64,000 bases of DNA from an uncultured Candidatus Bathyarchaeia archaeon (lineage in GTDB: Archaea > Thermoproteota > Bathyarchaeia > Bathyarchaeales > DTEX01), in the NCBI GenBank assembly GCA_964508155.1, contig CAZDRE010000002.1, positions 92,695-156,694 of the forward strand, written 5' to 3'. This document shows, one piece after another, positions 56,364 through 64,000 of this stretch. Positions within the stretch are counted from its first letter, which is position 1. Each line of letters opens with the position of its first letter. The position numbers and the translations under genes were made by a program. The notes under the pieces were generated by a model that was not told the origin of the DNA, made no database searches, and saw only the letters and a program-made list of their open reading frames with translations.

Positions 56364-57086
56364 TCAGCCAAGGTCAACAGCCGCATTCGCTGGTAGGCCG
56401 CCTGGAATTAGTCTCTCAACGACCAGAGCTGCTCCTTGCCCGGTCTTTATCTCAACCTTCACCTTTGAGTATTCAGGCCTCCAGAATCCAGTGCCTCCGA
56501 GATTTATGACAACATAGGCTTTCTCGAAGTTCTCTAGGACGGCATCATCGTCATCGTTATATATGATTATGTAGGCGGCGCTTACATTCCACCCTAAAGC
56601 ATTAGGTTCACCTGAGTTCTTATCAAATAGCTTGTATATGACCTCTGTCATGTTTGATGGATCTTCAGATAGGCCGAAGTTTATTCCAACTCCTCCTGAG
56701 GCTCCACCTGTACCTGTCTCGTTCACAACGCCCTTATAGATATTCAGCAGATTACTTCCCCATACCGAGATGGCTGTTGTCTTATTAGAGAGATCCAAGC
56801 TTGATCTGCCGATTGAGAGCTTAACTGGTATGAGGAGATACTGAATATATTTTGATCCTCCAGTCTCATTTGTGTATGCGATTACTGATCCATCCAATTG
56901 TAATGCAGATGTGGATTCCTCAATGCCTCGGGTTATCGTCATCTTGGCTTGCTGGGCTGAAAAGAAGCCCATATTCACGACTACATAGGCAAGCGCAGAG
57001 GCTATTACGACGAATGCTATAAGCACTATCGCGGCCTCTATGCCCACTATTCCACGCTTATCCCTAAGTAGTCTTGACTTCTTCAT
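56364..57086 (-). CDS. flaB: archaellin (FlaB/ArlB family), type A copy 2
   Basis: 240 aa. DKRG/IVGIEAAIVLIAFVVIASALAYVVVNMGFFSAQQAKMTITRGIEESTSAL. GGAGAG SD-like sequence upstream. Confidence 0.85.
   Translation of the reverse strand: MKKSRLLRDKRGIVGIEAAIVLIAFVVIASALAYVVVNMGFFSAQQAKMTITRGIEESTSALQLDGSVIAYTNETGGSKYIQYLLIPVKLSIGRSSLDLSNKTTAISVWGSNLLNIYKGVVNETGTGGASGGVGINFGLSEDPSNMTEVIYKLFDKNSGEPNALGWNVSAAYIIIYNDDDDAVLENFEKAYVVINLGGTGFWRPEYSKVKVEIKTGQGAALVVERLIPGGLPANAAVDLG
57001..57064. repeat. 64-nt tract identical to 55414-55477
   Basis: See the partner repeat. Confidence 0.95.
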
Positions 57087-57102
57087 TTCCCATTCTCTCC
57101 TT

Positions 57103-57720
57103 CTATCCTATTGTGTGGAATCCCTCTTGGAGCTCGGATGGAACTGTAAACTCGATTGAGAGCGGAGCTCCCTTTTCGGGTCTAAGCTCTATGAAGATGT
57201 TCTCCCTCTTATCGGCTTGATCACCTGACGTTAAGTGAATTATCAGGAGGCCCTTCTCCTGCATGTCTAATGAGTCGTCACCGTCAGAGTTCTCTATAAA
57301 GAGCATAGCCGTAGTTTCGGTTCCAAGACTATTTATTAGCTGCGTGAAGTTCTTGCCTCTGGGATCAACCTCCTTATTTATTCCATTGTAAATGTTTGCG
57401 TATGCTGTGTGATTCTCAACTCTAAGCGAGACCATCGTTGTCTGATTAGCCATCGGGACATACTTTACTCCCAAAGTCTTCAGTGGAATAATGATTGCGT
57501 CTACCTTGCCGGAGCTGGTTCCCCTGATCATTATAGTCCCATCAAGAGTCAATGGGGTGCTCGCCTCTTGAACTCCTTGGCTTATTACGTCTCTTCCCTT
57601 CTGCGTCGCATACAAACCCATATTCACAACCATGAAGCTGAAGGCAGCGGCCACGATGACGAAGGCAATGAGTATTATGGCGGATTCTACGCCCAGCATC
57701 CCCTTTTTATTCCTAAACAT
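57103..57720 (-). CDS. flaB: archaellin (FlaB/ArlB family), type B copy 2
   Basis: Start set at MFRNKKG/MLGVESAIILIAFVIVAAAFSFMVVNMGLYATQKGRDVISQG (ATG 57720, GAGGAG upstream). The track extension to 57891 has no homology to the other copies. Confidence 0.85.
   Translation of the reverse strand: MFRNKKGMLGVESAIILIAFVIVAAAFSFMVVNMGLYATQKGRDVISQGVQEASTPLTLDGTIMIRGTSSGKVDAIIIPLKTLGVKYVPMANQTTMVSLRVENHTAYANIYNGINKEVDPRGKNFTQLINSLGTETTAMLFIENSDGDDSLDMQEKGLLIIHLTSGDQADKRENIFIELRPEKGAPLSIEFTVPSELQEGFHTIG
57575..57674. repeat. 100-nt tract identical to 56064-56163
   Basis: See the partner repeat. Confidence 0.95.
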
Positions 57721-57957
57721 CTCTCCTCTTCCACTACCTTTTTGGTTCAAGGTTTCGCTGAACATTTTTAATACGGTTGTGAACGAGCGTAATGGGTGTG
57801 GAAAATGTGTGAAAGAAACGTTCTGTAATTTTCTCACACTTCTGTAAATTATAATTAAAAAACGAGAATTTCTTCCGATTTTTAAATGCATAAAGGGTTT
57901 ATAAAGAAACCTAGAAGATAATTTTGAAAATTAAAGGGCAAAGCGAAGGAATCCGTC

Positions 57958-58419
57958 ATGTCGGACCCTGAAAGAATGAGCGCCGTCGATTTTATAATCA
58001 GCGTCTTAAGGGAGCATGAGAAGAATCTTGATTCCCTGATCGAAAAGTTGAATGTAGTCTCTAAGAATCTGTCGGAGTTCGCGAGTAATAAGAGGAGGCA
58101 TGAAGGTCAGATCAGATATGAGGGGTCAAGCATCATTCACATAATGTGTAAGGACTGGGAGGAGTTTAGGGAGTTGTCTAGAAACGCCGATACCCTATCC
58201 TTCACTTTGGATGATGATCTGAGAGTAATGGCCCTGCATGGTAACATCATTTATGAATATAGGGAATCAATACCTGAGCATATGGAGCATCTGGAGTGCG
58301 GAGTTCCAATATACTTTCAGGCTCAATTAAATCCGGAGAGAATAAGAAAGTTTTTGATGAGGGAATTGAACGCTTCTAATAAGAAGGTTATACATGGGGA
58401 AATCCGGTTCTCTCCATGA
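57958..58419 (+). CDS. hypothetical soluble protein, divergent from the archaellin genes
   Basis: 153 aa with no TM helix and no recognised motif. The 3-prime end overlaps the convergent wHTH gene by 32 nt. Confidence 0.5.
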   Translation: MSDPERMSAVDFIISVLREHEKNLDSLIEKLNVVSKNLSEFASNKRRHEGQIRYEGSSIIHIMCKDWEEFRELSRNADTLSFTLDDDLRVMALHGNIIYEYRESIPEHMEHLECGVPIYFQAQLNPERIRKFLMRELNASNKKVIHGEIRFSP

Positions 58420-58660
58420 GCATCCTCTTTAGTTGCTCGTAGTACTCCAGTATCTCTCTGCCCTTAGACGTTATATAATATTCCCTCTTCTTTCCGATCT
58501 TCTTAACTTCTAGGGCTCCCTGACTGGTTAGAAAATCGAGAACCTCGCAGAGGGGAATCCATGAAAGATTGCTCTTATACATTATGCGTGTAGGTTTGTG
58601 GCATCCCCTGCTGACGGTCTGCAGTATGTCCACACAAATCTCTAATCTTGATCTCTTCAT
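58388..58660 (-). CDS. winged-helix DNA-binding protein (HTH_45-like)
   Basis: 90 aa. MKRSRLEICVDILQTVSRG..KPTRIMYKSNLSW..LDFLTSQGALEV...YYITSKGREILEYY. Confidence 0.7.
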   Translation of the reverse strand: MKRSRLEICVDILQTVSRGCHKPTRIMYKSNLSWIPLCEVLDFLTSQGALEVKKIGKKREYYITSKGREILEYYEQLKRMLMERTGFPHV

Positions 58661-59193
58661 CTGGCATCAAAAATAAAATGTGACCGCCCCTATTTTTAAA
58701 ATTGTGAACATTAGAAACGATTTTAAGAAACGGGAATATTTTGCAGTGTATAATGAGAAATCTTTAGATTGTTAAGGGAGAAATGAAATCGGCAAGTATT
58801 CTAATGTCCCTTAATCTTTCTCCTAAACTATATAATTTAACATTTAGAACTCAGATGTTGTTAATGAGTTGATAAAATCCCTGCACAATCTATCTCCTCT
58901 ATGGATGCATCTTCCATCATTATCAGGGGAGTATAATGGGCATATCCTCGAGAAGCGGCAGCACTGCCTCCTATATTCCCTAGCATTACCAGATCCAATT
59001 TGTAGGAGGCTTCTCACACTCATCCCAAATCAATCTCAGTTTTTATTCCTCACTTAAAAAATTCTTGCGAACATACATTATGGATAAGAAAAATTCGGTG
59101 TGAAAATTGAAGACTCAAACCTAGCATATACATGGAGATTGATTCTGAATAAAATTTCATATACCTTTATATCGTCTGGCGTTCTATCTTTAC

Positions 59194-59214
59194 GTGGCGT
59201 TGAGGCGTCCGGAA
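59194..59214. repeat. 21-nt element covering SD and start codon; perfect inverted copy at 59669-59689
   Basis: gtggcgttgaggcgtccggaa. The reverse complement of 59669-59689 (ttccggacgcctcaacgccac) is identical, verified base by base. Confidence 0.95.
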
Positions 59215-59561
59215 TGAGAATTCTTTCCCTATCGATGCTGTTGCTTATTCTGTTATCTAGCTCAATAACGATAGCCGCAACGATTCATGTTCAGTCAAGG
59301 AAGTACGTTGACATGATTGGGAGGCTCGGTGGATGCTACAGACATGTTCTGGATGATCTTTGCGGAATGATGGATATAGCATTAAAGTTCAGAGATGACC
59401 CTCAATACAACTATGACCCATCGGATATGGAAATGATCATCATGAGGGATGGAGTGAATGGAACTCAGGAACTTATAGACCTTTATAACGAATTTATGAA
59501 TGCCATACAGACCGATCTGGCGTCACTGGAGAACGCAACGGGCATAAAGATAGAGCCATAA
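59214..59561 (+). CDS. small secreted or membrane-anchored protein, hypothetical
   Basis: Start set at ATG 59214 (GAGG 8 nt upstream). MRILSLSMLLLILLSSSITIAATIHV is a signal/anchor, followed by a helical, acidic domain of about 90 aa. The track start at 59100 is unlikely. Confidence 0.45.
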   Translation: MRILSLSMLLLILLSSSITIAATIHVQSRKYVDMIGRLGGCYRHVLDDLCGMMDIALKFRDDPQYNYDPSDMEMIIMRDGVNGTQELIDLYNEFMNAIQTDLASLENATGIKIEP

Positions 59562-59635
59562 AAGCGAAAATAAAAACGTAATATAAATTCACAAAGCCTT
59601 TAAGGTTTCATGGGATACTTCCTCATACAGTACTC

Positions 59636-59713
59636 GTGGGAGTGAAGGAAACTCTGTTGTTCTCTTCGTTCCGGACGCCTCAACGCCACATAAGCCTTCA
59701 CTCCCACATTTTT
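59636..59713 (+). terminator. 13-bp stem hairpin followed by a T5 run (candidate terminator / structured 3-prime UTR)
   Basis: gtgggagtgaagg (59636-59648) pairs perfectly with ccttcactcccac (59695-59707). It is followed by a-ttttt (59709-59713) and lies between convergent genes. Confidence 0.5.
59669..59689. repeat. inverted copy of the 59194-59214 element, located in a hairpin loop
   Basis: See the partner repeat. It lies inside the 46-nt loop of the 59636-59707 stem. Confidence 0.95.
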
Positions 59714-59812
59714 ACCGCTTAATTATTCTGTGTTTAGTCCGAGCCAATACTCAACTTTCTTTTCATAATCCTCATCTCCTTGATGTCTAATCCTGCCTCT
59801 CTGCTATTTGCT

Positions 59813-60436
59813 CTAGTATTTTGGCCATCTCGGGAATGAGGATATGGTTATCCTCTCCTTTGCGACTGGCTTTATGAAATTCCTATTGAACTCCTCCTCA
59901 GAGAACACATGCAGATATCCCGCATTATTTGCAACCACCCTCCCCTCATCTACTATCAGCTTCCGTAAAATCTCGACTGCATCGCTTGCCGTAGTATAGG
60001 AGAATCCATGAACTCTCCATCTTATTCTCAGCAGCTTCACCATGCCCTTGATCTATGGATTGCCGATGTCAATCGGTTGATCTCCTCAACCACTCATATT
60101 CCAAAGTGCTCATTCCTTATGACGTGAGGGTAAATCTTGCTTTTCTATAGAGCGCGATGAGTTTAGGGAAGTCTATGTCCCTTAGAAATTCAGTGTCCTC
60201 AGTCCATTTGTCATGTAATCTTCTCCAGCCTTCTGTAATATATCCTGAGATCTTCCCTGATAAGACTCCGACTATGATGAATCTTATGGGCTTATTTGTT
60301 AATTTCTCAGCGCTTTAAGTATGAATTCATGTTCTTCTCTGGACTGTATCGTCTGTAGCTATGGACATTGAAAATGGTTGAGAGACATGGATTTCCTTGA
60401 GCGATAAACCTTCCTCTTCTGGCTGACTTTCGCGAT
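59813..60436 (-). pseudogene. decayed gene(s): coding-looking frames interrupted by stops
   Basis: One minus-strand frame reads LNRESQPEEEGLSLKEIHVSQPFSMSIATDDTVQRRT*IHT*SAEKLTNKPIRFIIVGVLSGKISGYITEGWRRLHDKWTEDTEFLRDIDFPKLIALYRKARFTLTS*. It is followed in another frame by the 76-aa ORF 59813-60043. Confidence 0.4.
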
Positions 60437-60712
60437 TTAAACTGCAATTGCCGTTTTCTTTGGGGTTAGGGCATTCGTTATCTTCTGCAGGGTCTCTAAT
60501 GCCTCAAGACCTTTCTGCGTAAGCCTATATTCCTCCCTTCCATTCTCTGTCTTCACAGCTTCAACGAAGCCTCTTCGCTTCAGAAAATTTAAATGCCTAA
60601 CGGCATCCTTCCAGGAAAGATTTGCCATATTTCCAATATGCGTTAATTTGCTTGTCTCAGAAACAGCCTTTAAAATGTCCAGATAGATCTCCAGCTTTGA
60701 GCGTCTCTTCAT
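60437..60712 (-). CDS. winged-helix DNA-binding protein (HTH_45-like), paralogue of 58388-58660
   Basis: 91 aa. MKRRSKLEIYLDILKAVSE..KLTHIGNMANLSW..LNFLKRRGFVEA...YRLTQKGLEALETL. Confidence 0.7.
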   Translation of the reverse strand: MKRRSKLEIYLDILKAVSETSKLTHIGNMANLSWKDAVRHLNFLKRRGFVEAVKTENGREEYRLTQKGLEALETLQKITNALTPKKTAIAV

Positions 60713-61199
60713 CTTCTTTATCTCCTCATGTTAACAGCAACTATCAACTTTTCAGGTCACTTTATAAAGAAGTTATGAATACTCGTCATGTTTGTCTGGT
60801 TCATGAATAAAGACCGTAACTCCACTCTATAAATATCATTCTATATTATGGATTTACCATAGGTATTCCCGGACCGACCTTGGTCTCTTGCTCGCTGAAG
60901 AAGTGAATACGCGTAGATATTGTCCATGTTCATAGTTCATAATTCCTTTTTAATTTACACTCAACTTTGTTTTGGGGCTTGTAATGAGCGAAGAGATGAG
61001 TGTAGATGAGGTTGAGGGCGAAGACGGAATAAGATCGGGGGTTCTAAGGGGCGTTAGCCAGAAAGTCTCTAGGTTTCAAAGTGTGTGGAAACACGGTCAT
61101 CGAGGCTGAGAGGGTTGGAATAGAGAAGATTTGTGAGATTTTAAAAAGGGAATATGCCTTGGCTGAATAAATATTATTTGCCGAGGGAAAGACGTTAAG

Positions 61200-62831
61200 A
61201 TGCCCTCCAAACTTAAGGGCTTAACTAAAATTTTTGATTTGCTAAGGGGAAGGTTCAAGATAATCATATTCATAATCTCAGCCTCGGCGGCTCTCGTGTC
61301 GTATCGAATTCTCACTGGGATGAGCTGGCTATTAATGGCAGCGGCTTTCTTATCAATATTCTCTTCCATCTTTCTGGTAGTTTTTTTCTACCGCCGCAGA
61401 GGAAAGTTGAGAAGTAGGGCGTCCCGGAAGATCGATGAGGAACTAATATTATCGATCCTACACATGTATGTAGTCTCTCAGGGGGAGGCTGGTCCGGATC
61501 AGCTCGTCAGATCGGTGGCTGATGTGAAGGAATACGGATACTACAGCATAGTCTTTAGTAAGATCTATGAGATAGCCAAGAAATTTGGGTATGGATTTGC
61601 AAAGGCAATGGCTCACGTATCCAGCTTTGTGAAGCCTCCGCTTAAGGATATCCTCATAAGATGCGCTGAGGCCCTATCTACTCCTGAACCTAAAGAGTAT
61701 CTTGAATTGGAGAATTCATCCCTCTTTGAGGAGTATTCGGGCTATTATCTTAGGGCGATAGAGTCAATAAAGACTCTCGGTGGAGTTTATGGAACATTTC
61801 AGAGCGTCGCAGTCTTCATGATCATGACATTAGATCTCATGACGGGCTTCATTAACAATCCGAACATAGCATACTACTCTTATATCGTCTCCTCTGTGGC
61901 GATAATAATCATGTTCTTTGGCTTCAAATCAGTAATACCGAAGGAGACGCTTATATACGTCGACAAAAAGGATCCGCCGAGATTATATATGCTCTTTAGA
62001 ATCTCAGCCGCCGTCGCCATGATATCAGTGATTCCGGCGGTATACTTAAGCATATTGATCAATCCATCCATAGGCTTTATAATCTTCGGCTCTTTGCTCA
62101 TGCTTCCCGGCATGATAGCCTATAAGTTCGAGTCTTACATTACAAAAATTGATGAGTATTACCCGACATTCATCAAGGCTCTTTGCGAGAATATGGCATC
62201 AACGGCTAGCGTCAAGAGCGCTCTTGCATATGTCCTCCACATGGAGCTCGGCCCATTACGGACGCTCTTGGAAAAGGCGCTTGCGAGGATAAGACTAGGA
62301 ATAAGGATCGAGAAGGCAATGAATCTTCTCTCATCTGAGGCATCATCATTTCGCGTTTACACAATGAATAGGATGCTATTGGACTCGATAAATTATGGCG
62401 GGAACCTTATCGAGGTTGGAAAGATCCTGGGAGATTCATGCATAAAATTCTTAGAGTTCAGAAAGAGGAGGGATTCCGTAGCCAAGAGCTTCAAATCTGT
62501 CGTCTTTATTCTACAGCCCGTAACAGTTGCCCTACTAATTATACTGACGTATCTCTGCAAATTCTTCTCTCGAAGCCTAGTCTCCTTACCATTCTTCTCA
62601 TTCGGAGAGATACCGACCGAAGTAGTCGAATTTGGAAACATCCTAATGATACTCTTAGTAACATCGCTAAATGCTGTAGCGCTCAAGGAGGCTGAAGGCG
62701 GATTCTGGGGGAAAAGCCTCCTATACATAGGCCTATTAATGATAATAAGCGGTGCCTCGTGGCTAATCGGCGAAAAACTAATGGACCTAACACTCGGCCA
62801 AGTATTAAGAGGCTTTGAAAAACTAATATGA
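61200..62831 (+). CDS. flaJ: archaellum/type IV pilus platform protein (FlaJ/ArlJ, T2SS-F family)
   Basis: 543 aa. An N-terminal TM pair, then two helical cytoplasmic domains each followed by TM bundles. This is the architecture of archaeal FlaJ/TadC-like proteins. It lies 3.3 kb from the archaellin genes. Confidence 0.75.
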   Translation: MPSKLKGLTKIFDLLRGRFKIIIFIISASAALVSYRILTGMSWLLMAAAFLSIFSSIFLVVFFYRRRGKLRSRASRKIDEELILSILHMYVVSQGEAGPDQLVRSVADVKEYGYYSIVFSKIYEIAKKFGYGFAKAMAHVSSFVKPPLKDILIRCAEALSTPEPKEYLELENSSLFEEYSGYYLRAIESIKTLGGVYGTFQSVAVFMIMTLDLMTGFINNPNIAYYSYIVSSVAIIIMFFGFKSVIPKETLIYVDKKDPPRLYMLFRISAAVAMISVIPAVYLSILINPSIGFIIFGSLLMLPGMIAYKFESYITKIDEYYPTFIKALCENMASTASVKSALAYVLHMELGPLRTLLEKALARIRLGIRIEKAMNLLSSEASSFRVYTMNRMLLDSINYGGNLIEVGKILGDSCIKFLEFRKRRDSVAKSFKSVVFILQPVTVALLIILTYLCKFFSRSLVSLPFFSFGEIPTEVVEFGNILMILLVTSLNAVALKEAEGGFWGKSLLYIGLLMIISGASWLIGEKLMDLTLGQVLRGFEKLI

Positions 62832-62984
62832 AACCTCAAAGATGATATGAGCAAAACCGACATCCCTTTATATACAATTTTTCCTGTGGTAGCAAAAGAG
62901 AATACCCAACATGAGGCTTTCAGAGAGGATCAGGTTGTTACCAAGATTATCTTTATTAGATACGGAGAATCATATCTCTGAACC

Positions 62985-63881
62985 ATGAGGATCGGAATAT
63001 TTATCTCCTCGCTCGTAAAGTTCGTGTATGGAAAATCCCTTGACGACATGAATCCTGGAGAGATCGAGGATGCGATAACGAGATGCGTCAGAATAATGAG
63101 AGATCTCGGATTAGACTGCGCAGAGATATCAGTTTTGGAGATGGAGACTCTGAGGAGATTATGTAAGGCAACATCTAAGGTGGAGGGCTTCTACTTTACG
63201 ATTCACGAGATGGGAAGATACAGCGCAACAAAACTATCGCTGATCGATGAGGATGAGAGAAGGGAAGTAATCGATGGATTAAAAGAGACCATCGATTATT
63301 TATCTGAGGGAAATATTAAGGTGCTGACAATTCACCCAGCATCATTTAACCCATCAGAGAGGGGATATGCATACGACGATATAGTAGACAGATACTATGA
63401 ACCTTCAAAGGCATGGGAAATATCGATCTGGCTATTGAAGGAACTTGCAAGTTATGCTTCCAAAAGAGATGTTATGCTTGGCTTAGAGAACATGCCGAGA
63501 GCAGTCCTCTATAAGAATGAGATATGCAGGGTTCCACACTTCGGAGTTTCGAAGAACGAATTGTTATCGCTATTATCAAGCGTCAATAATGATAATCTAA
63601 AGATAACCTTCGACGTTGGACATGCAAACACGGTGTGTCAACCCTGCGATTACATAAGGGAGATCGTAAACGAGACGGTTCATATACACCTGCATGATAA
63701 TGACGGAAGATATGATCAGCATGCCCCCCTCGGCACAGGAACAGTAAACCTACACTTCTTCTTCAAGGTTCTAATGGATGAAGGCTACAGAGGAAGCATA
63801 ACGATTGAACGTGCAATAGACAATAGAATATACGATGACATAAAGATCCTAAAGCACTACGCCGGAAGAACCTCAGATTAA
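62985..63881 (+). CDS. sugar phosphate isomerase/epimerase (xylose-isomerase-like TIM barrel)
   Basis: 298 aa. LTIHPA, LGLENMP, FDVGHAN and HLHDNDGRYDQHAPLGTG form the metal-ligand pattern. Confidence 0.8.
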   Translation: MRIGIFISSLVKFVYGKSLDDMNPGEIEDAITRCVRIMRDLGLDCAEISVLEMETLRRLCKATSKVEGFYFTIHEMGRYSATKLSLIDEDERREVIDGLKETIDYLSEGNIKVLTIHPASFNPSERGYAYDDIVDRYYEPSKAWEISIWLLKELASYASKRDVMLGLENMPRAVLYKNEICRVPHFGVSKNELLSLLSSVNNDNLKITFDVGHANTVCQPCDYIREIVNETVHIHLHDNDGRYDQHAPLGTGTVNLHFFFKVLMDEGYRGSITIERAIDNRIYDDIKILKHYAGRTSD

Positions 63882-64000
63882 ATTCGGCAAGGCCCACATC
63901 CCCGAATATCGTATCATAGACCCAGCGATAACTTAAAATAACGGATTGAACTGATAATCTTTCGGTTTCAATAAAAAGGGATGACATAATCTGGAGGAGG

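Noticed and set aside
57721-57891. 57-aa N-terminal extension of the type B copy 2 archaellin.
   Set aside because: The other three archaellins start 10-20 residues before the G/hydrophobic cleavage site. The internal ATG at 57720 has a GAGGAG SD, and the extension has no counterpart in copy 1.
58661-59213. Small ORFs in the 550-nt gap: plus-strand 58869-59057 (62 aa), a minus-strand 41-codon ORF at 58861-58986, and the track start at 59100 for the secreted-protein gene.
   Set aside because: They are mutually overlapping, lack SD or start context, and have non-descript composition. The region is better treated as unannotated, possibly regulatory or ncRNA, until transcript data exist.
1-64000. 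Search by eye for CRISPR arrays, rRNA, tRNA (GGTTCRAATCC-type T-arms on both strands) and intact IS elements or transposases.
   Set aside because: I found none. The only long exact repeats are the archaellin tracts and the 21-nt inverted element. A computational scan (tRNAscan-SE, Infernal/Rfam, minced, ISEScan) is needed to exclude small RNAs I cannot detect by eye.

Overview
The window looks like an archaeal chromosome segment. This is inferred from Alba, Orc1/Cdc6, TBP, ribosomal proteins L15e and L40e, RNase P protein subunits Pop5/Rpp30, exosome Csl4, RpoL, archaeal-type AspRS and MetAP2, and Sulfolobus-like archaellin N-termini. It is probably a TACK/Thermoproteota-lineage organism, but the exact lineage cannot be determined by eye. 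About 70 credible protein genes are densely packed on both strands. I saw no rRNA, tRNA, CRISPR array or intact IS element, but this was a scan by eye only. Layout: 0-13 kb holds mixed metabolism (MFS, MetAP, PfkA-type PFK, two radical SAM enzymes, a sulfatase-fold/malectin protein, a cyclase, an LbH acyltransferase). 13-25 kb holds information processing: L40e (missed by the ORF track), Alba, AspRS, the RNase P/exosome-associated block, PdaD, L15e, Orc1/Cdc6 with a putative origin region, Sua5, RpoL-Csl4-methylase. 25-31 kb holds NadA, OsmC and an orphan MtrH-like gene directly behind feoAB. 31-39 kb is an alpha-glucan/glycogen island: GalT-like, two GT-B transferases, a debranching enzyme, GH57, and a domain shared between a stand-alone ORF and the GH57 C-terminus. 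39-49 kb holds HD, TBP, a PadR + MacB-like ABC + CARDB-like module, GT2, radical SAM and a NifX-like/DUF5320 pair. 49.6-54.8 kb is an uncharacterised sugar-type cluster (FAD oxidoreductase, FucI-like, UROD-like). 54.8-62.8 kb is an atypical archaellum locus. The strongest observations are three. (1) There is a 2x2 tandem of two archaellin types with perfectly identical 64-nt and 100-nt tracts confined to the N-terminal helix region. (2) The archaellum locus has four archaellins and flaJ but no flaX/G/F/H/I between them; that space holds two HTH_45-like regulators, gene debris and unknown ORFs. (3) A perfect 21-nt element covering the SD/start of a small secreted-protein gene recurs inverted in the loop of a 13-bp hairpin plus T-tract in its own 3-prime region. 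All family calls rest on motif recognition by eye. No searches were run, and start codons are approximate.
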